This document shows, piece by piece, positions 37,575 to 47,625 of a stretch of 64,000 nucleotides of DNA (positions are counted from its first letter, which is position 1; the number at the start of each line of letters is the position of its first letter). Below the pieces are notes generated by a model, which worked only from the letters and a program-made list of their open reading frames with translations, was not told the origin of the DNA and did no database searches. Origin of the DNA: Selenomonadales bacterium (lineage in GTDB: Bacteria; Bacillota; UBA994). The stretch covers positions 11,832-75,831 of the forward strand of contig JAGXRZ010000046.1 of assembly GCA_018335585.1 (NCBI GenBank). The letters are read 5' to 3'. The translations under genes were made by a program, and so were the position numbers.

Positions 37575-38795
37575 ATGTATGTGTTTGATGTCTGTGTGGT
37601 AGGTGGAGGGGCAGCCGGCTTGCCTGCGGCAATTGCCGCCGCACGCGCGGGCGCAAAAGTTATGCTGCTTGAGAAGCGTCCTCACCTTGGCAAGAAAATC
37701 CTGGCCAGCGGCAACGGCCGCTGCAATCTCAGTAACGCTGACATTTCCCCCGCGCATTATGTAAGCCAGGACTCGGCGCTACTTGGTCCCCTACTTGACA
37801 AACTCACTGTCGGCGATACCCGCGCCTATTGGCAAAAGCTTGGCCTCGAACTCACGCCCGAGGATGGACGCCTCTACCCGCGCACCATGCAGGCGAAGAG
37901 CGTCCTGGAAGTGCTGCTGCATGAGCTGACACGCCTTAAGGTCGGTGTTACCCAGAATGCCCACGTCGCAGCAATCGACTCGACCGAGCGCGACGGCGCC
38001 CTAGAAGTAGTGACCCAGGACGGGCAAAGACTCGCGGCACGCTCGGTTATTCTCGCTACCGGAGGCAAAGCCGCCCCACAGCTAGGCTGTAGCGGAGACG
38101 GGTACAACTTTGCCGCTAGGTTCGGGCACACAATTTTGCCCCCGGCACCAGCACTCGTAGGCCTTAGGCTTTCTAGCCCCCACCTTAAGCGGCTGTCAGG
38201 GTTGCGCTTGCAAGCACGGGTGTCTATACCTGAGCTTGCCAAAGAGGAAGTGGGAGAAGTCCTCTTTACCGACTACGGCATCTCCGGCATACCCGTTTTT
38301 GACTTAACTGCACATATCGGACACCGCGCCGGACTCACACTGCACCTGTGCCTAGCAGACCAAGCGTCTCTTCCCGCACTGGAAAGCTATCTGCGCGACC
38401 GCCTGCGACTCCTCGGCCACAAGTCTATGCACGACGCGCTACAAGGCTACCTCCCAACTCAACTGATTGCGCCCCTCTTGCAGGAGGCCTCTCTACCACT
38501 TGACCTGCCGTCACGCAAACTGCGCAACAGCGAGCTTACAGCACTCGCCGCTCTGCAGTGGAACTGGATGTTCCCCATCCTTGGACTTAACACTTGGGAA
38601 CAGGCACAGACAACATGGGGCGGCGTGCCCCTCTGCGAAGTGGATATCCCTTCCTTTAGGTCAAAGAAACACCCCGGCCTATTTTTAGCCGGGGAGGTAC
38701 TTGATGTGCACGGCAGATGCGGCGGCTACAACCTGCACTGGGCTTTCGGGAGCGGCAGGTTAGCCGGAGAGAGCGCGGCGGCGAGCGCGACCTAG
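37575..38795 (+). CDS. HI0933/BaiN-family NAD(P)/FAD-dependent oxidoreductase
   Basis: VCVVGGGAAGLPAAIAAARAGAKVMLLEKRPHLGKKILASGNGRCNLSN. Confidence 0.6.
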   Translation: MYVFDVCVVGGGAAGLPAAIAAARAGAKVMLLEKRPHLGKKILASGNGRCNLSNADISPAHYVSQDSALLGPLLDKLTVGDTRAYWQKLGLELTPEDGRLYPRTMQAKSVLEVLLHELTRLKVGVTQNAHVAAIDSTERDGALEVVTQDGQRLAARSVILATGGKAAPQLGCSGDGYNFAARFGHTILPPAPALVGLRLSSPHLKRLSGLRLQARVSIPELAKEEVGEVLFTDYGISGIPVFDLTAHIGHRAGLTLHLCLADQASLPALESYLRDRLRLLGHKSMHDALQGYLPTQLIAPLLQEASLPLDLPSRKLRNSELTALAALQWNWMFPILGLNTWEQAQTTWGGVPLCEVDIPSFRSKKHPGLFLAGEVLDVHGRCGGYNLHWAFGSGRLAGESAAASAT

Positions 38796-38796
38796 C

Positions 38797-39687
38797 TTAA
38801 GGTAACAGCCTGCCTCCACTCGGCGCTAGGACTTTTATGCCTCCCGGCACAACCCTTGCTGCCACCGGCGTGCTACCATAAACGGTGCCGTCAAACATTT
38901 TGGTCATGGTGCGTTCGGCCGAAATCTTTATCGTCTTACAGGTAAAAAACTCTACCGCGGGGTGTCCTACGTGTCCGCCCGAGTAGACCTTAGGCAACAA
39001 GCCAAGCAAAGCCGTGCGGCTTAGTTCGTTGACAAGGCATACATGCAGCAGTCCGTCATTGAGTTTCGCTCGCGGGGTTACATACATGCCGCCGCCTGTC
39101 CAACAGGAGTTCATGATAAATACCGCGACGGTTTTGCGCCGCATAATTTTGCCATCTAATTCAATTGCCATCTCATCGGGAGTAAGCTCATGAATGACTT
39201 TGACGACCGCCGCAGCAATAGCTAACGGGCCGCGCAAGAAGTCCTTGTACCTGTTGACGTGCGTCATAACTTGCGTAGTAAAGCCAAGGCCTAAGATTAC
39301 GCCAAAGGCGGCGTCAGTGTCTACCCCGTAATCAATGGCGCGCGTAGGGGCGCCTGACAACGCCTGCACCGCCGCGTTAATCTCGAGGGGAACGTTTAAA
39401 CCGCGCGCTAGGTCGTTCCCTGTGCCGGTAGGTATAACCGCTAGCGTCGCTTCCGTGCCGATGAGCCCATTGAGCACCTCATGCGCGGTGCCATCTCCCC
39501 CCATCGCGCCTACGACCACTGCCCCGGTCTGCGCTAGTTCGCGCGCCAACAGCGTCGCATGGCCGGGCTCTTTAGTGCGATGCAGCCGGTAGGGGATTTG
39601 CTTTGCCTGTAGTGCGCTTTCCAACCGGGGAAGCGCTTTTTGCGTGCGGCCACGCCCGGCGATGGGGTTAACTATGATATCCCACAC
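38797..39687 (-). CDS. Diacylglycerol-kinase-family lipid kinase (YegS/DagK-like)
   Basis: IIVNPIAGRGR...VVGAMGGDGTAHEVLNGL fits DAGK_cat. Confidence 0.75.
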   Translation of the reverse strand: MWDIIVNPIAGRGRTQKALPRLESALQAKQIPYRLHRTKEPGHATLLARELAQTGAVVVGAMGGDGTAHEVLNGLIGTEATLAVIPTGTGNDLARGLNVPLEINAAVQALSGAPTRAIDYGVDTDAAFGVILGLGFTTQVMTHVNRYKDFLRGPLAIAAAVVKVIHELTPDEMAIELDGKIMRRKTVAVFIMNSCWTGGGMYVTPRAKLNDGLLHVCLVNELSRTALLGLLPKVYSGGHVGHPAVEFFTCKTIKISAERTMTKMFDGTVYGSTPVAARVVPGGIKVLAPSGGRLLP

Positions 39688-39711
39688 TTGCCTTGCCTCC
39701 TTGTTCGCGCG

Positions 39712-40071
39712 CTAATCGCGCGTGTCTTCTTCCACGCGGATAATAACGCGGTTTGGCATGCACACGATGACTTCGCCTGGACGGCTTTTCTTCCCCATGC
39801 CGATACACACTTTATCCGGGCAATCTGCCTCCACGACACGAATGTACTCCCCGTCTACTTCAATCAGCAGGTCTCCGCGCGTCCCGCGCACCGTAAAGCG
39901 GCGCAGCGCGTCTCCTTGGCGGAGCGGCACTTGCTCTACTTCACGGTTATCCACGGCAATTATCGCCACCCCGCCGGGCCTCACCGTAAAGTGGCGGTAA
40001 AGGACCCAGGTGCCTGCCATAAGCATTACGGCAATTATGGCAAGCAAAATCTTCTTGTCTAGCGCGGTCAA
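39712..40071 (-). CDS. NusG domain II-containing membrane-anchored protein
   Basis: 119 aa. TM anchor then ...GGVAIIAVDNREVEQVPLRQGDALRRFTVRG...VIVCMPNRVIIRVEE. Confidence 0.45.
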   Translation of the reverse strand: MTALDKKILLAIIAVMLMAGTWVLYRHFTVRPGGVAIIAVDNREVEQVPLRQGDALRRFTVRGTRGDLLIEVDGEYIRVVEADCPDKVCIGMGKKSRPGEVIVCMPNRVIIRVEEDTRD

Positions 40072-40089
40072 CGACGCACCTCGCTTTTC

Positions 40090-42195
40090 TTACCTTAGGA
40101 CTCTGATTCCAACTACATACAAGACCACCAGCACCCCAAGCATCACCCCGGCTACCACCAGTGACCCCAACGTGACGTTCTGTGGGTTCCAGACTACCGG
40201 TTGATGTTCGCCGGTTTCGTTTTCGCTAGCCGCCTCATTGCGCATGCGTCGTGTTGTTTGCACCGCCGCATGCCCTACGTGAGTGAAGCTCTCCTCAAGC
40301 CCCTGCTCGAGCCCGCGCGCTTGCTCTATTACTAGGTTTGTCGCGCGGCCCGCCACCTCATAGCCTTCGTCGAGCATGTCGTCTAACTTCTTGACGCGGC
40401 GGAGAACACTATGGGACACACTGCCGCTCCTGTCGTAGAGGTCGCAGATGCCGCCCTCCACACGCGTAACATAGCTACAGCAAAGCCTAAGGAAACCTTG
40501 ATACACAGGGCGATAGAACACCGCCTCGACAGACAGCCACCAAGGCACAGCGCCCTCGCCAAACCGATAGTGGCGCGCCGCTAGGAAAATTAGTACCCCA
40601 AGGGCTACAGGAATAGCCACCGCAACATACGAGCTCGTAGTCCACAGCTTTACGCCAGATAGCTGCTGCATCATTACGCCAAAGTCGACTACGGTGCTCG
40701 CCGCACTCCTGGCCATTAGGCCAATGAAACGCTCCGGGAACAAACCTATCGCCACGATACTAGCCGCAGTAAGGCCGAGCACCGCCGGGATAGCTACGCC
40801 TTCCTTGGTTCCCTGCGTTATTTGCCCTCGGTTCGCGCCTAGGAACACTCCGTAGTAGAGCTTAACGAAGTACGCGGCCGTCAAAGCTGAGCCCAGTATA
40901 AACAGCCATACAGCCCAAGTCAGGAGCCCTTCGCCGTGGTACGAAGCAGCCTTCTCGATGCCGTACTGAATAAGTTTCTTGCTGCCAAACCCGCTAAAAC
41001 CGGGGACTCCAAGGACGGCTAGGGAGGCAATCAAAGTCGTAACAGCCGTAAAGGGCAATACCTTTGCCATGCCCCCAAGTTTGCCTAGGTCGAGTGACTG
41101 GGCGCGCAGGTACACCGACCCCATCATCATAAATAGCCCCGCCTTAAACACAGCATGATTAAAGGCGTGAAACACGGCGGCGGTGTAGGGTAGGCCACCC
41201 TTGGCGCCTAAGTATGCGGCACAGCCGACGGCGAGCATCACATAGCCCATCTGACTGATACTGGAATAGGCCAAGAGGCGCTTGACGTTCCTCTGCAACA
41301 AAGCCATAATCGCGCCGCAAAGAATCGTGAGCAGGGCTACCCAGATAAGTACGAAGCCAATCTGCTGTGGGATGGCGGCGGTTGCCTTCGCCGGAACCGG
41401 CAATGACAATGTAACGGTAAGAACGCTCAGGATGCCGTAGAAGCCGGTCTTGCCCATCACGCCCGAAAGCAACGCCGTGCCGGGGGCAGGCGCCACAGGG
41501 TAGGCGTGCGGTATCCATACGTGCAGAGGAACCAACCCTGCCTTGACCCCAAACCCAATGAGAAACACTAGCGCTACCACATACGGACTGATTGTTCCAC
41601 CCTGCAGTATGTCAAGCACCGGCACAATGTCTGCCGTACCTGTCGTCCAAACCAAGAGCAGAATGCCAAGCAGTAACACCAGCCCTCCGGCCACACCCAT
41701 GTAGAGATAGCTATCGCCTGCGCGCATAGCTTCGTCGTCTTCGTCGTGAATGACAAGCGGATAAGCGGCGAAAGTCATGATTTCAAAGAACAGGAACAAC
41801 GTAAAGTAGTCTCCGGCCAGAAACACACCCAAGCAACCGCTGAGGCTCACCAAGAGGAAGCTCGAAAAGCGCGTCTGCGAGTGACTGCTCTGCATATAGC
41901 TCACGGCATACACCGTGATTAACGCCCATAGCCCTGCTGACAGTAGGGCAAAAAGTGTACCTAGGTCTGTCGGGCGAAAGCTAAGCCCGTAATCGACAAG
42001 GCGGAAGAAGACGAGCTCTAAGCGGTGCGGGGGATTTAGGACATAGACTGCTCCGGCAGCAGCCACTGCCGCCAAAGCAGAGGCAATCGTTATCGCGTCG
42101 CGCAGTCGCTGATTTCGGCGGCAAAGAAAGACCAGAACTGCACCAAGGAGGGGCAGCAGTATGGGCGCGAGGAGCAAGAGGTCTAGCGAACGCAC
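40090..42195 (-). CDS. mrpA: MrpA/NuoL-like proton-conducting antiporter subunit with an atypical C-terminal extension
   Basis: 701 aa. N-terminal ~480 aa are a NuoL/MrpA/MrpD-type membrane core. The C-terminal ~200 aa are a soluble region plus a final TM helix. Confidence 0.65.
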   Translation of the reverse strand: MRSLDLLLLAPILLPLLGAVLVFLCRRNQRLRDAITIASALAAVAAAGAVYVLNPPHRLELVFFRLVDYGLSFRPTDLGTLFALLSAGLWALITVYAVSYMQSSHSQTRFSSFLLVSLSGCLGVFLAGDYFTLFLFFEIMTFAAYPLVIHDEDDEAMRAGDSYLYMGVAGGLVLLLGILLLVWTTGTADIVPVLDILQGGTISPYVVALVFLIGFGVKAGLVPLHVWIPHAYPVAPAPGTALLSGVMGKTGFYGILSVLTVTLSLPVPAKATAAIPQQIGFVLIWVALLTILCGAIMALLQRNVKRLLAYSSISQMGYVMLAVGCAAYLGAKGGLPYTAAVFHAFNHAVFKAGLFMMMGSVYLRAQSLDLGKLGGMAKVLPFTAVTTLIASLAVLGVPGFSGFGSKKLIQYGIEKAASYHGEGLLTWAVWLFILGSALTAAYFVKLYYGVFLGANRGQITQGTKEGVAIPAVLGLTAASIVAIGLFPERFIGLMARSAASTVVDFGVMMQQLSGVKLWTTSSYVAVAIPVALGVLIFLAARHYRFGEGAVPWWLSVEAVFYRPVYQGFLRLCCSYVTRVEGGICDLYDRSGSVSHSVLRRVKKLDDMLDEGYEVAGRATNLVIEQARGLEQGLEESFTHVGHAAVQTTRRMRNEAASENETGEHQPVVWNPQNVTLGSLVVAGVMLGVLVVLYVVGIRVLR

Positions 42196-42208
42196 ATCTC
42201 TGTCCTCC

Positions 42209-43690
42209 CTATTTAGCTAAGAAAAGGGCGTCTGCCGCTCTCTCGGCGAGTTCTAGGGCGATGTTATAGGGCAGTAGGTCGATGACGAGAATAACGAGGC
42301 CGAGGACGACCATAGGCACGAGCATAGCCCAAGGCACTTCTGGCCGCTTAGCTCGCGCCTGTTCTGCGTGCGCTAATCCTTCACCAAAGAAGGCATTTTG
42401 AATAAGTGGAAAATAGTAAATGAAGTTCATTAGTGAGCTAAGCAAGAGCAGCATGACAAACGCAATGCTGCCTGCATCAAGCGCGCCGAGTGCTAACTCC
42501 CACTTAGAAACAAACCCGACTAGCGGGGGCACACCGACCATCGAGAGAGCGGCTACCGTGAAGACCGACATGGTGACGAGCATACTTCTTCCCATGCCTA
42601 CCCACTCTGATACCCTGCGCTTGCCAGTGCGATAGATTACAGACCCTGCCGCTAAGAACAGGCTCGACTTCATAAAGGCATGGGCAAAGATATGAAATAT
42701 CGCTCCAATTAAAGCCCTTTCCTGCAGCAACCCTATACCTAGGAGGATATATCCCATCTGCCCGACGCTTGAGTACGCAAGCCGGCGCTTGATTTCATCT
42801 TGGGTGATAGCCACAGCCGACCCAAGGAAAACCGTTATAGCCGCCAACCAGACCAGTAGATCGTTCCACCCCGTGCGTTGCACCATGTCTAGACCAAAAA
42901 TCTGGTACACGACGCGGATAAGCCCAAACGCACCGGTCTTAAGCATCAAGCCCGAAAGCAAGGCGCTAGCAGGACTAGGTGCTACCGGATGCGCTTCCGG
43001 CAGCCACACATGCAAGGGCACCATACCCGCCTTAATGCCAAAACCGACGAGAAAGCCAAGGAAGGCCAAGGTAGTGAGGCCGGTTACCTCAAGCGGCAGG
43101 CCGCCGGAAGTAAAGGCAACTGTGCCTGCACCCTGAAAGATGGCCATAATCGCAAACAGCAAGGCCAGTCCGCCGATAATAGTGAGAATAAGATACCTGT
43201 AGCCCGCGCGCATTGCTTCCGCGGTCTCTTCGTGGATTACCAGCACATAGGCCGAAAGCGACATCACTTCAAAGAACAAGAAGAACGTGAACAGGTCGCC
43301 GCTTAGGACAACGCCCATAGCGCCCGCTAATGTCAGCACGGAGAAAGGGTAGTACCTGTTTTTGGCATGCTCCTTGACCATATACGCGGTAGAGTAAATC
43401 GTGACTGCCAACCAGACAAAGGAAACTACCGCCGCCACCAGAAACGCTAAATAGTCCAAGCGAAACGAAATGCCAAGCGGAGGCAGTAGCTCCGGAAACT
43501 CGGCAATTAACGTTGTATCGGCCATAATTACATGATAGTGCTGTGCCACGAGCAGAAAAGAAGCTAGGGCCGCCAATACAGAAAGGCCGTTACGCAGCTG
43601 CCAAGAGCGGCGTTCCACGGCGTAGATAACTATAGCCAGGAAAAGCGGCACGAGTATAGGCAAAGTTAACGACCATGAGGTAGGTTGCAT
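42209..43690 (-). CDS. mrpD: MrpD/NuoN-like antiporter subunit
   Basis: 493 aa; proton-pumping membrane-subunit family. Confidence 0.7.
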   Translation of the reverse strand: MQPTSWSLTLPILVPLFLAIVIYAVERRSWQLRNGLSVLAALASFLLVAQHYHVIMADTTLIAEFPELLPPLGISFRLDYLAFLVAAVVSFVWLAVTIYSTAYMVKEHAKNRYYPFSVLTLAGAMGVVLSGDLFTFFLFFEVMSLSAYVLVIHEETAEAMRAGYRYLILTIIGGLALLFAIMAIFQGAGTVAFTSGGLPLEVTGLTTLAFLGFLVGFGIKAGMVPLHVWLPEAHPVAPSPASALLSGLMLKTGAFGLIRVVYQIFGLDMVQRTGWNDLLVWLAAITVFLGSAVAITQDEIKRRLAYSSVGQMGYILLGIGLLQERALIGAIFHIFAHAFMKSSLFLAAGSVIYRTGKRRVSEWVGMGRSMLVTMSVFTVAALSMVGVPPLVGFVSKWELALGALDAGSIAFVMLLLLSSLMNFIYYFPLIQNAFFGEGLAHAEQARAKRPEVPWAMLVPMVVLGLVILVIDLLPYNIALELAERAADALFLAK

Positions 43691-43705
43691 AGATTGGCCT
43701 CCAAT

Positions 43706-45172
43706 TTATCTCACGAAGAGATGAGCTGTCTGGCGTACCAGAGGAACCATCAGTGAAGGGAACAAACCAAAGAAAAAGACCATGCCCACCAGCACGGCGA
43801 TAGGTGCCAACACACTCATAGCCGGTTCTTTAACTTGCACCTCGCTATCGCTACCAAAGAAGGCGGAGATGATTATGGGAAAGTAGTAGGCTGCGTTAAG
43901 CAGGCTGCTGATGAGGATAAACACGGCGAAGATCATCATATCCGCGTCAAGTGCCCCAAGCGCCAAGTACAGCTTTGAAATGAACCCAGCCGTACCCGGG
44001 ATGCCCACCATGGACATTGCGCCGACAGCGAAAGCCGCGAAAGTAAGCGGCATCCTGCGTCCTAGGCCATTAAACTGCGACAGCTTCTTGATTCCGGTCT
44101 GGTGGATTATTACCCCGGCGGTTAAGAACAAAAGAGACTTCATTACGGCGTGGTTAAGGATGTGTAGCACACCGCCTTCAATAGCGCGCTGACTGAACAA
44201 GCCAAACCCTAGGAAGATATATCCCACTTGCGCTACCGTGGAAAAGGCCAGTAAACGCTTGACGTTATCCTGTACCATGGCAAAAACCGAGCCTACCATC
44301 AGCGCGCCTGTCGAAAGCGCCAAGAAAAGGTGTCGTATCGGCAACAGCGCAAAGATTTCAAGCCCTAACGCTAAGTAGGCAATCCGCATAAGCGCAATGA
44401 TGTAAACCTTTACGACTAGACCGCTGAGCAAAGCGCTAGAGGCGGTAGGGGCGTTAGAATGCGCGTCGGGCAGCCACACATGCATAGGGAAGAGGGCGGC
44501 TTTCACGCCGAATCCTACTACCATTAGGCCTATGGCAGTCAGTAGATTTAAGGGGTACTGTGTTGCTGTTATGGTCAGCGTAGCGCGAATGTAGTCCATA
44601 TTGAGATGTCCGGTGATCATAAAGATTAAGGCTATAGAAAAGAGCAGTCCTCCGGAACCTAGGGCGCTTAGGACTAGGTAGCGGAAGCTCGCTTCCACGC
44701 TCTCTTTAGTGCCCTTGATGGCGATAATGGCGATAGCCGCGAGCGAGCTAATCTCGATGAAAACAAAGAGGTTAAACAAGTCCCCAGCCATTACCATGCC
44801 CTGCATCGCCGCAGTAAGGAGAAGGATGAGAGTGAAATATGCACTGTTGTTGCGCACCTCGCGCGGGCCACAGACGGCAAACCAAGAAATAATGAGAGAT
44901 ACGGTGGCAATAACGAGGGAGGAAAAGGCCGCGAAAACGTCCACCCACACCACAATTCCATATGGCGCCGGCCAGCCGCCCACGGGATACCTGAGTGTGC
45001 CCTGCGCTAAGACCTGCATCGTCATACGTAGGGCTAGGGCAAAGGCCAACAGGCCTGCGCCCAAGAAGACCGCATTTACGGCAGACTCGCGCTTACCAAA
45101 GAGCGGAGTAACAAAGGCGGCAAGGAGCAAGACAGCGACAATAAGTACAGGCGCATGTGTCACACTAGGCAT
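43706..45172 (-). CDS. mrpD: MrpD/NuoM-like antiporter subunit
   Basis: 488 aa; same family as the neighbouring MrpD. Confidence 0.7.
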   Translation of the reverse strand: MPSVTHAPVLIVAVLLLAAFVTPLFGKRESAVNAVFLGAGLLAFALALRMTMQVLAQGTLRYPVGGWPAPYGIVVWVDVFAAFSSLVIATVSLIISWFAVCGPREVRNNSAYFTLILLLTAAMQGMVMAGDLFNLFVFIEISSLAAIAIIAIKGTKESVEASFRYLVLSALGSGGLLFSIALIFMITGHLNMDYIRATLTITATQYPLNLLTAIGLMVVGFGVKAALFPMHVWLPDAHSNAPTASSALLSGLVVKVYIIALMRIAYLALGLEIFALLPIRHLFLALSTGALMVGSVFAMVQDNVKRLLAFSTVAQVGYIFLGFGLFSQRAIEGGVLHILNHAVMKSLLFLTAGVIIHQTGIKKLSQFNGLGRRMPLTFAAFAVGAMSMVGIPGTAGFISKLYLALGALDADMMIFAVFILISSLLNAAYYFPIIISAFFGSDSEVQVKEPAMSVLAPIAVLVGMVFFFGLFPSLMVPLVRQTAHLFVR

Positions 45173-45536
45173 GTCGTTTACTCCTTAGGGCGATAATCTT
45201 GTCTGCGTCAATTGTGCCATACTGCTTATGCAGGAGCACAACCAGAGCTAAAGCGAAAGCAGTGAAACTTACGGAAATAACTATACCTGTAAGAATAAGT
45301 GCTGAAGGTACGGGGTTGACGTACAGCGTGACGCCTTCTTTGAGAATAGGCGCCTGCCCGCCGCGAATATAGCCAATAGCGACAAAGAACAAGAACAGCG
45401 ACGTGTCCATGATGTTCATCCCCATGATTTTTTTAAGCAGGTTGTTGTGAGTAAGCATAGTATGAAAGCCAATAATAAAGAGCATTACAGACGTTAAGTA
45501 GTAGATGTTCATCCATAGTCGCTCAATGATGGCCAT
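45165..45536 (-). CDS. mrpC: MrpC/NuoK-like subunit
   Basis: 123 aa, three TM helices; NuoK-like. Confidence 0.65.
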   Translation of the reverse strand: MAIIERLWMNIYYLTSVMLFIIGFHTMLTHNNLLKKIMGMNIMDTSLFLFFVAIGYIRGGQAPILKEGVTLYVNPVPSALILTGIVISVSFTAFALALVVLLHKQYGTIDADKIIALRSKRHA

Positions 45537-45963
45537 CCGGTCCTGCGCCCCCTTCCAGCAGTTCTTGGAACAGCGTAAACACCGTGCCGGCGACCTTTGC
45601 TCCGATGCCTAGTGTCACCAGCAAGATCATGCCGCTGCTCCAGAGGCGACCCGGTTCCCCGGTCGGAAATACTCCCTGGTTGGTAAGGAAGTGTCGTCCT
45701 ACCAAGATACCCACAAGGCCCGCGCCTACGTAGATTAGTGCTCCGCCTACCTCAAACAGGAGCGATGTCTCGTGCTTTAGGCGGTGCTTCTTGGCCGTAA
45801 ACCGATAGACTAGGCTATAGAAGATAAAGCTCGCGCCGATGATGGTGCCGCCGGAAAAGCCCCCACCTGGCGAAAGGTGGCCGTGAAAAAGAATGTACGC
45901 GCCAAAGAGCTGCGTGGCTGGGATAAGCACTCTCCCAAGCATCTCTAGAATCATGTCATGCAT
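45523..45963 (-). CDS. mrpB: MrpB-like subunit
   Basis: 146 aa; ...GHLSPGGGFSGGTIIGASFIFY is the MnhB motif. Confidence 0.6.
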   Translation of the reverse strand: MHDMILEMLGRVLIPATQLFGAYILFHGHLSPGGGFSGGTIIGASFIFYSLVYRFTAKKHRLKHETSLLFEVGGALIYVGAGLVGILVGRHFLTNQGVFPTGEPGRLWSSGMILLVTLGIGAKVAGTVFTLFQELLEGGAGPDGHH

Positions 45964-46237
45964 GTTCGTACCCTCCGTAGAGCGCGGCCCCTACAGCTAC
46001 GACCGCCACAAACAAGACGGTGGCCTCGCCTAAGGTGTCGTAAGCGCGGTAGTCGATGATAATCGCGGCGATAGTGTTAAGTGCACCGGTATCGCGCACA
46101 CTATCGGATAGGTACTTCTGCATAATGCCTTGGTGAGCGGGAGCGCTCGCGTCGCCATACAGCGGCATCTCCGCAACCATCAGCGTCAGCAGCACGCCGA
46201 TGCCAAGCAAAATTATTACGGTTATGGTCTTTCTCAT
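45956..46237 (-). CDS. MrpB-related small subunit (MbhE-like)
   Basis: 93 aa, two TM helices. Confidence 0.5.
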   Translation of the reverse strand: MRKTITVIILLGIGVLLTLMVAEMPLYGDASAPAHQGIMQKYLSDSVRDTGALNTIAAIIIDYRAYDTLGEATVLFVAVVAVGAALYGGYEHA

Positions 46238-46602
46238 TCTTCGTGCCTCCCGGTGCGGCTGATGGCGGCAAGAAACAAGAGCGAGGTTGCCCCGGCACCG
46301 ATGGCGGCTTCAGTAATGGCGACGTCAGGCGAATGCAGCTGTTGCCAGATAATGGACATGACCATGCTGTAGGCACCGAAAATAATCGTCGCGCTGAGCA
46401 GGTCCTTAGTGCGCGCCACGACTATAGCACAGACCACCAGAAATGCCAACAAGAGGACATTAATTGCCGCTAGCATGCTTGTCCTCCCTTCGCGTGCGGT
46501 AAACGGCTCGCGCCATATAATGCGCCGCTGCCGGGGTTGTAACCCACAAAAAGACAATAAGCAGGATGACCTTAAGCACAAGGTATACGTTGCCGCCCTC
46601 AA
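46234..46602 (-). CDS. MrpB-domain (DUF4040-like) small subunit; probable true start near 46480
   Basis: MLAAINVLLLAFLVVCAIVVARTKDLLSATIIFGAYSMVMSIIW. The N-terminal ~40 codons of the listed ORF overlap mrpG. Confidence 0.45.
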   Translation of the reverse strand: MRAATYTLCLRSSCLLSFCGLQPRQRRIIWREPFTAREGRTSMLAAINVLLLAFLVVCAIVVARTKDLLSATIIFGAYSMVMSIIWQQLHSPDVAITEAAIGAGATSLLFLAAISRTGRHEE

Positions 46603-46768
46603 AGAATGTTAGGCCGACCAATACCAGTCCGGCACCCAAGGTATCACATTTTGTCGTAGCATGCATGCGCGAGAGCGCGTCGGGGAAGCGCAGCAGACCG
46701 ACCGTGCCGGCCGTGAAAAAGAACAAGCCCGCAAAGAGAAACGCTGTGCCAATAAGGGTTGCGATCAT
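46460..46768 (-). CDS. mrpG: MrpG/MnhG
   Basis: FTAGTVGLLRFPDALSRMHATTKCDTLGAGL. Confidence 0.65.
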   Translation of the reverse strand: MIATLIGTAFLFAGLFFFTAGTVGLLRFPDALSRMHATTKCDTLGAGLVLVGLTFFEGGNVYLVLKVILLIVFLWVTTPAAAHYMARAVYRTRREDKHASGN

Positions 46769-46781
46769 AGTTTCGTACCTC

Positions 46782-47051
46782 TCATACGATGGTGCCCCGT
46801 TCGATGTAGCGAGCCACTCCTATAGTTAAAAGGAAGCTTATTAGCGCGTAGACGATGGCGACGTCAAGGTAATACGGGACTTCATGAAAAATGTAGCCAA
46901 TGAGCATCAGCACGACTACCGTTTTTGTGCCGATAACGTTAATCGCCACAACTCTATCAGCGGGCGTCGGGCCCACAACTGCGCGATACAAGGACGCGAA
47001 AGTGAGCAACATGAGCCCTAAACACGTAACCAAAAGTACGGTTCGTTCCAT
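46782..47051 (-). CDS. mrpF: MrpF/MnhF
   Basis: 89 aa; ...RVVAINVIGTKTVVVLMLIGYIF. Confidence 0.65.
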   Translation of the reverse strand: MERTVLLVTCLGLMLLTFASLYRAVVGPTPADRVVAINVIGTKTVVVLMLIGYIFHEVPYYLDVAIVYALISFLLTIGVARYIERGTIV

Positions 47052-47545
47052 TAATGTCGCCTCTCTATCTCTGCCAGCAAATTCTCGATGTGCCAGCCGG
47101 CAAGTCCGGCCGCGGCGCCGTCCGTCAGGGCATGTACGACGAAGTTTCCTTGCGCCGGCGCTTCGACCGAGATTGTGCCCGGCGTCAGGGTAATGCTGTT
47201 CGCCAGGAATACGCGCATCATCGGCTCCTTGAGCTTGCTCTCGTGCGTGACAAACTGCGGCTTTATGTCTAACTTGCGCGCGAAAGCGAGTTCGGCAACT
47301 TGCACGGAGGCCTTGATGACGTCAACGATTAAGTACCTAACATAAGTCAGCCAAGCGGAAAGGTTTGTACGGCTGATGTGCAGGTCATTGGTGAAACTAA
47401 GCAGCAGGTCGCGGTTAACAAAGGTTACTAACCCCGCCACCAGCCAACCGGTAATTACAGACTGAACATCAAAACTTTGCGCAAACAGCATCCAAAGCAG
47501 GAACAAAGCCAGAGTCCAGCCGAATAGTCGAGTATACCGCGACAC
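47051..47545 (-). CDS. mrpE: MrpE/MnhE
   Basis: 164 aa; MnhE family. Confidence 0.65.
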   Translation of the reverse strand: MSRYTRLFGWTLALFLLWMLFAQSFDVQSVITGWLVAGLVTFVNRDLLLSFTNDLHISRTNLSAWLTYVRYLIVDVIKASVQVAELAFARKLDIKPQFVTHESKLKEPMMRVFLANSITLTPGTISVEAPAQGNFVVHALTDGAAAGLAGWHIENLLAEIERRH

Positions 47546-47625
47546 AAAAATCCCCCCACAAAGTTAAGAGCTACCACCAACATGACGGCAGCCCTTATAG
47601 CTCACTCTGTTCTCGCGCGTCTATC

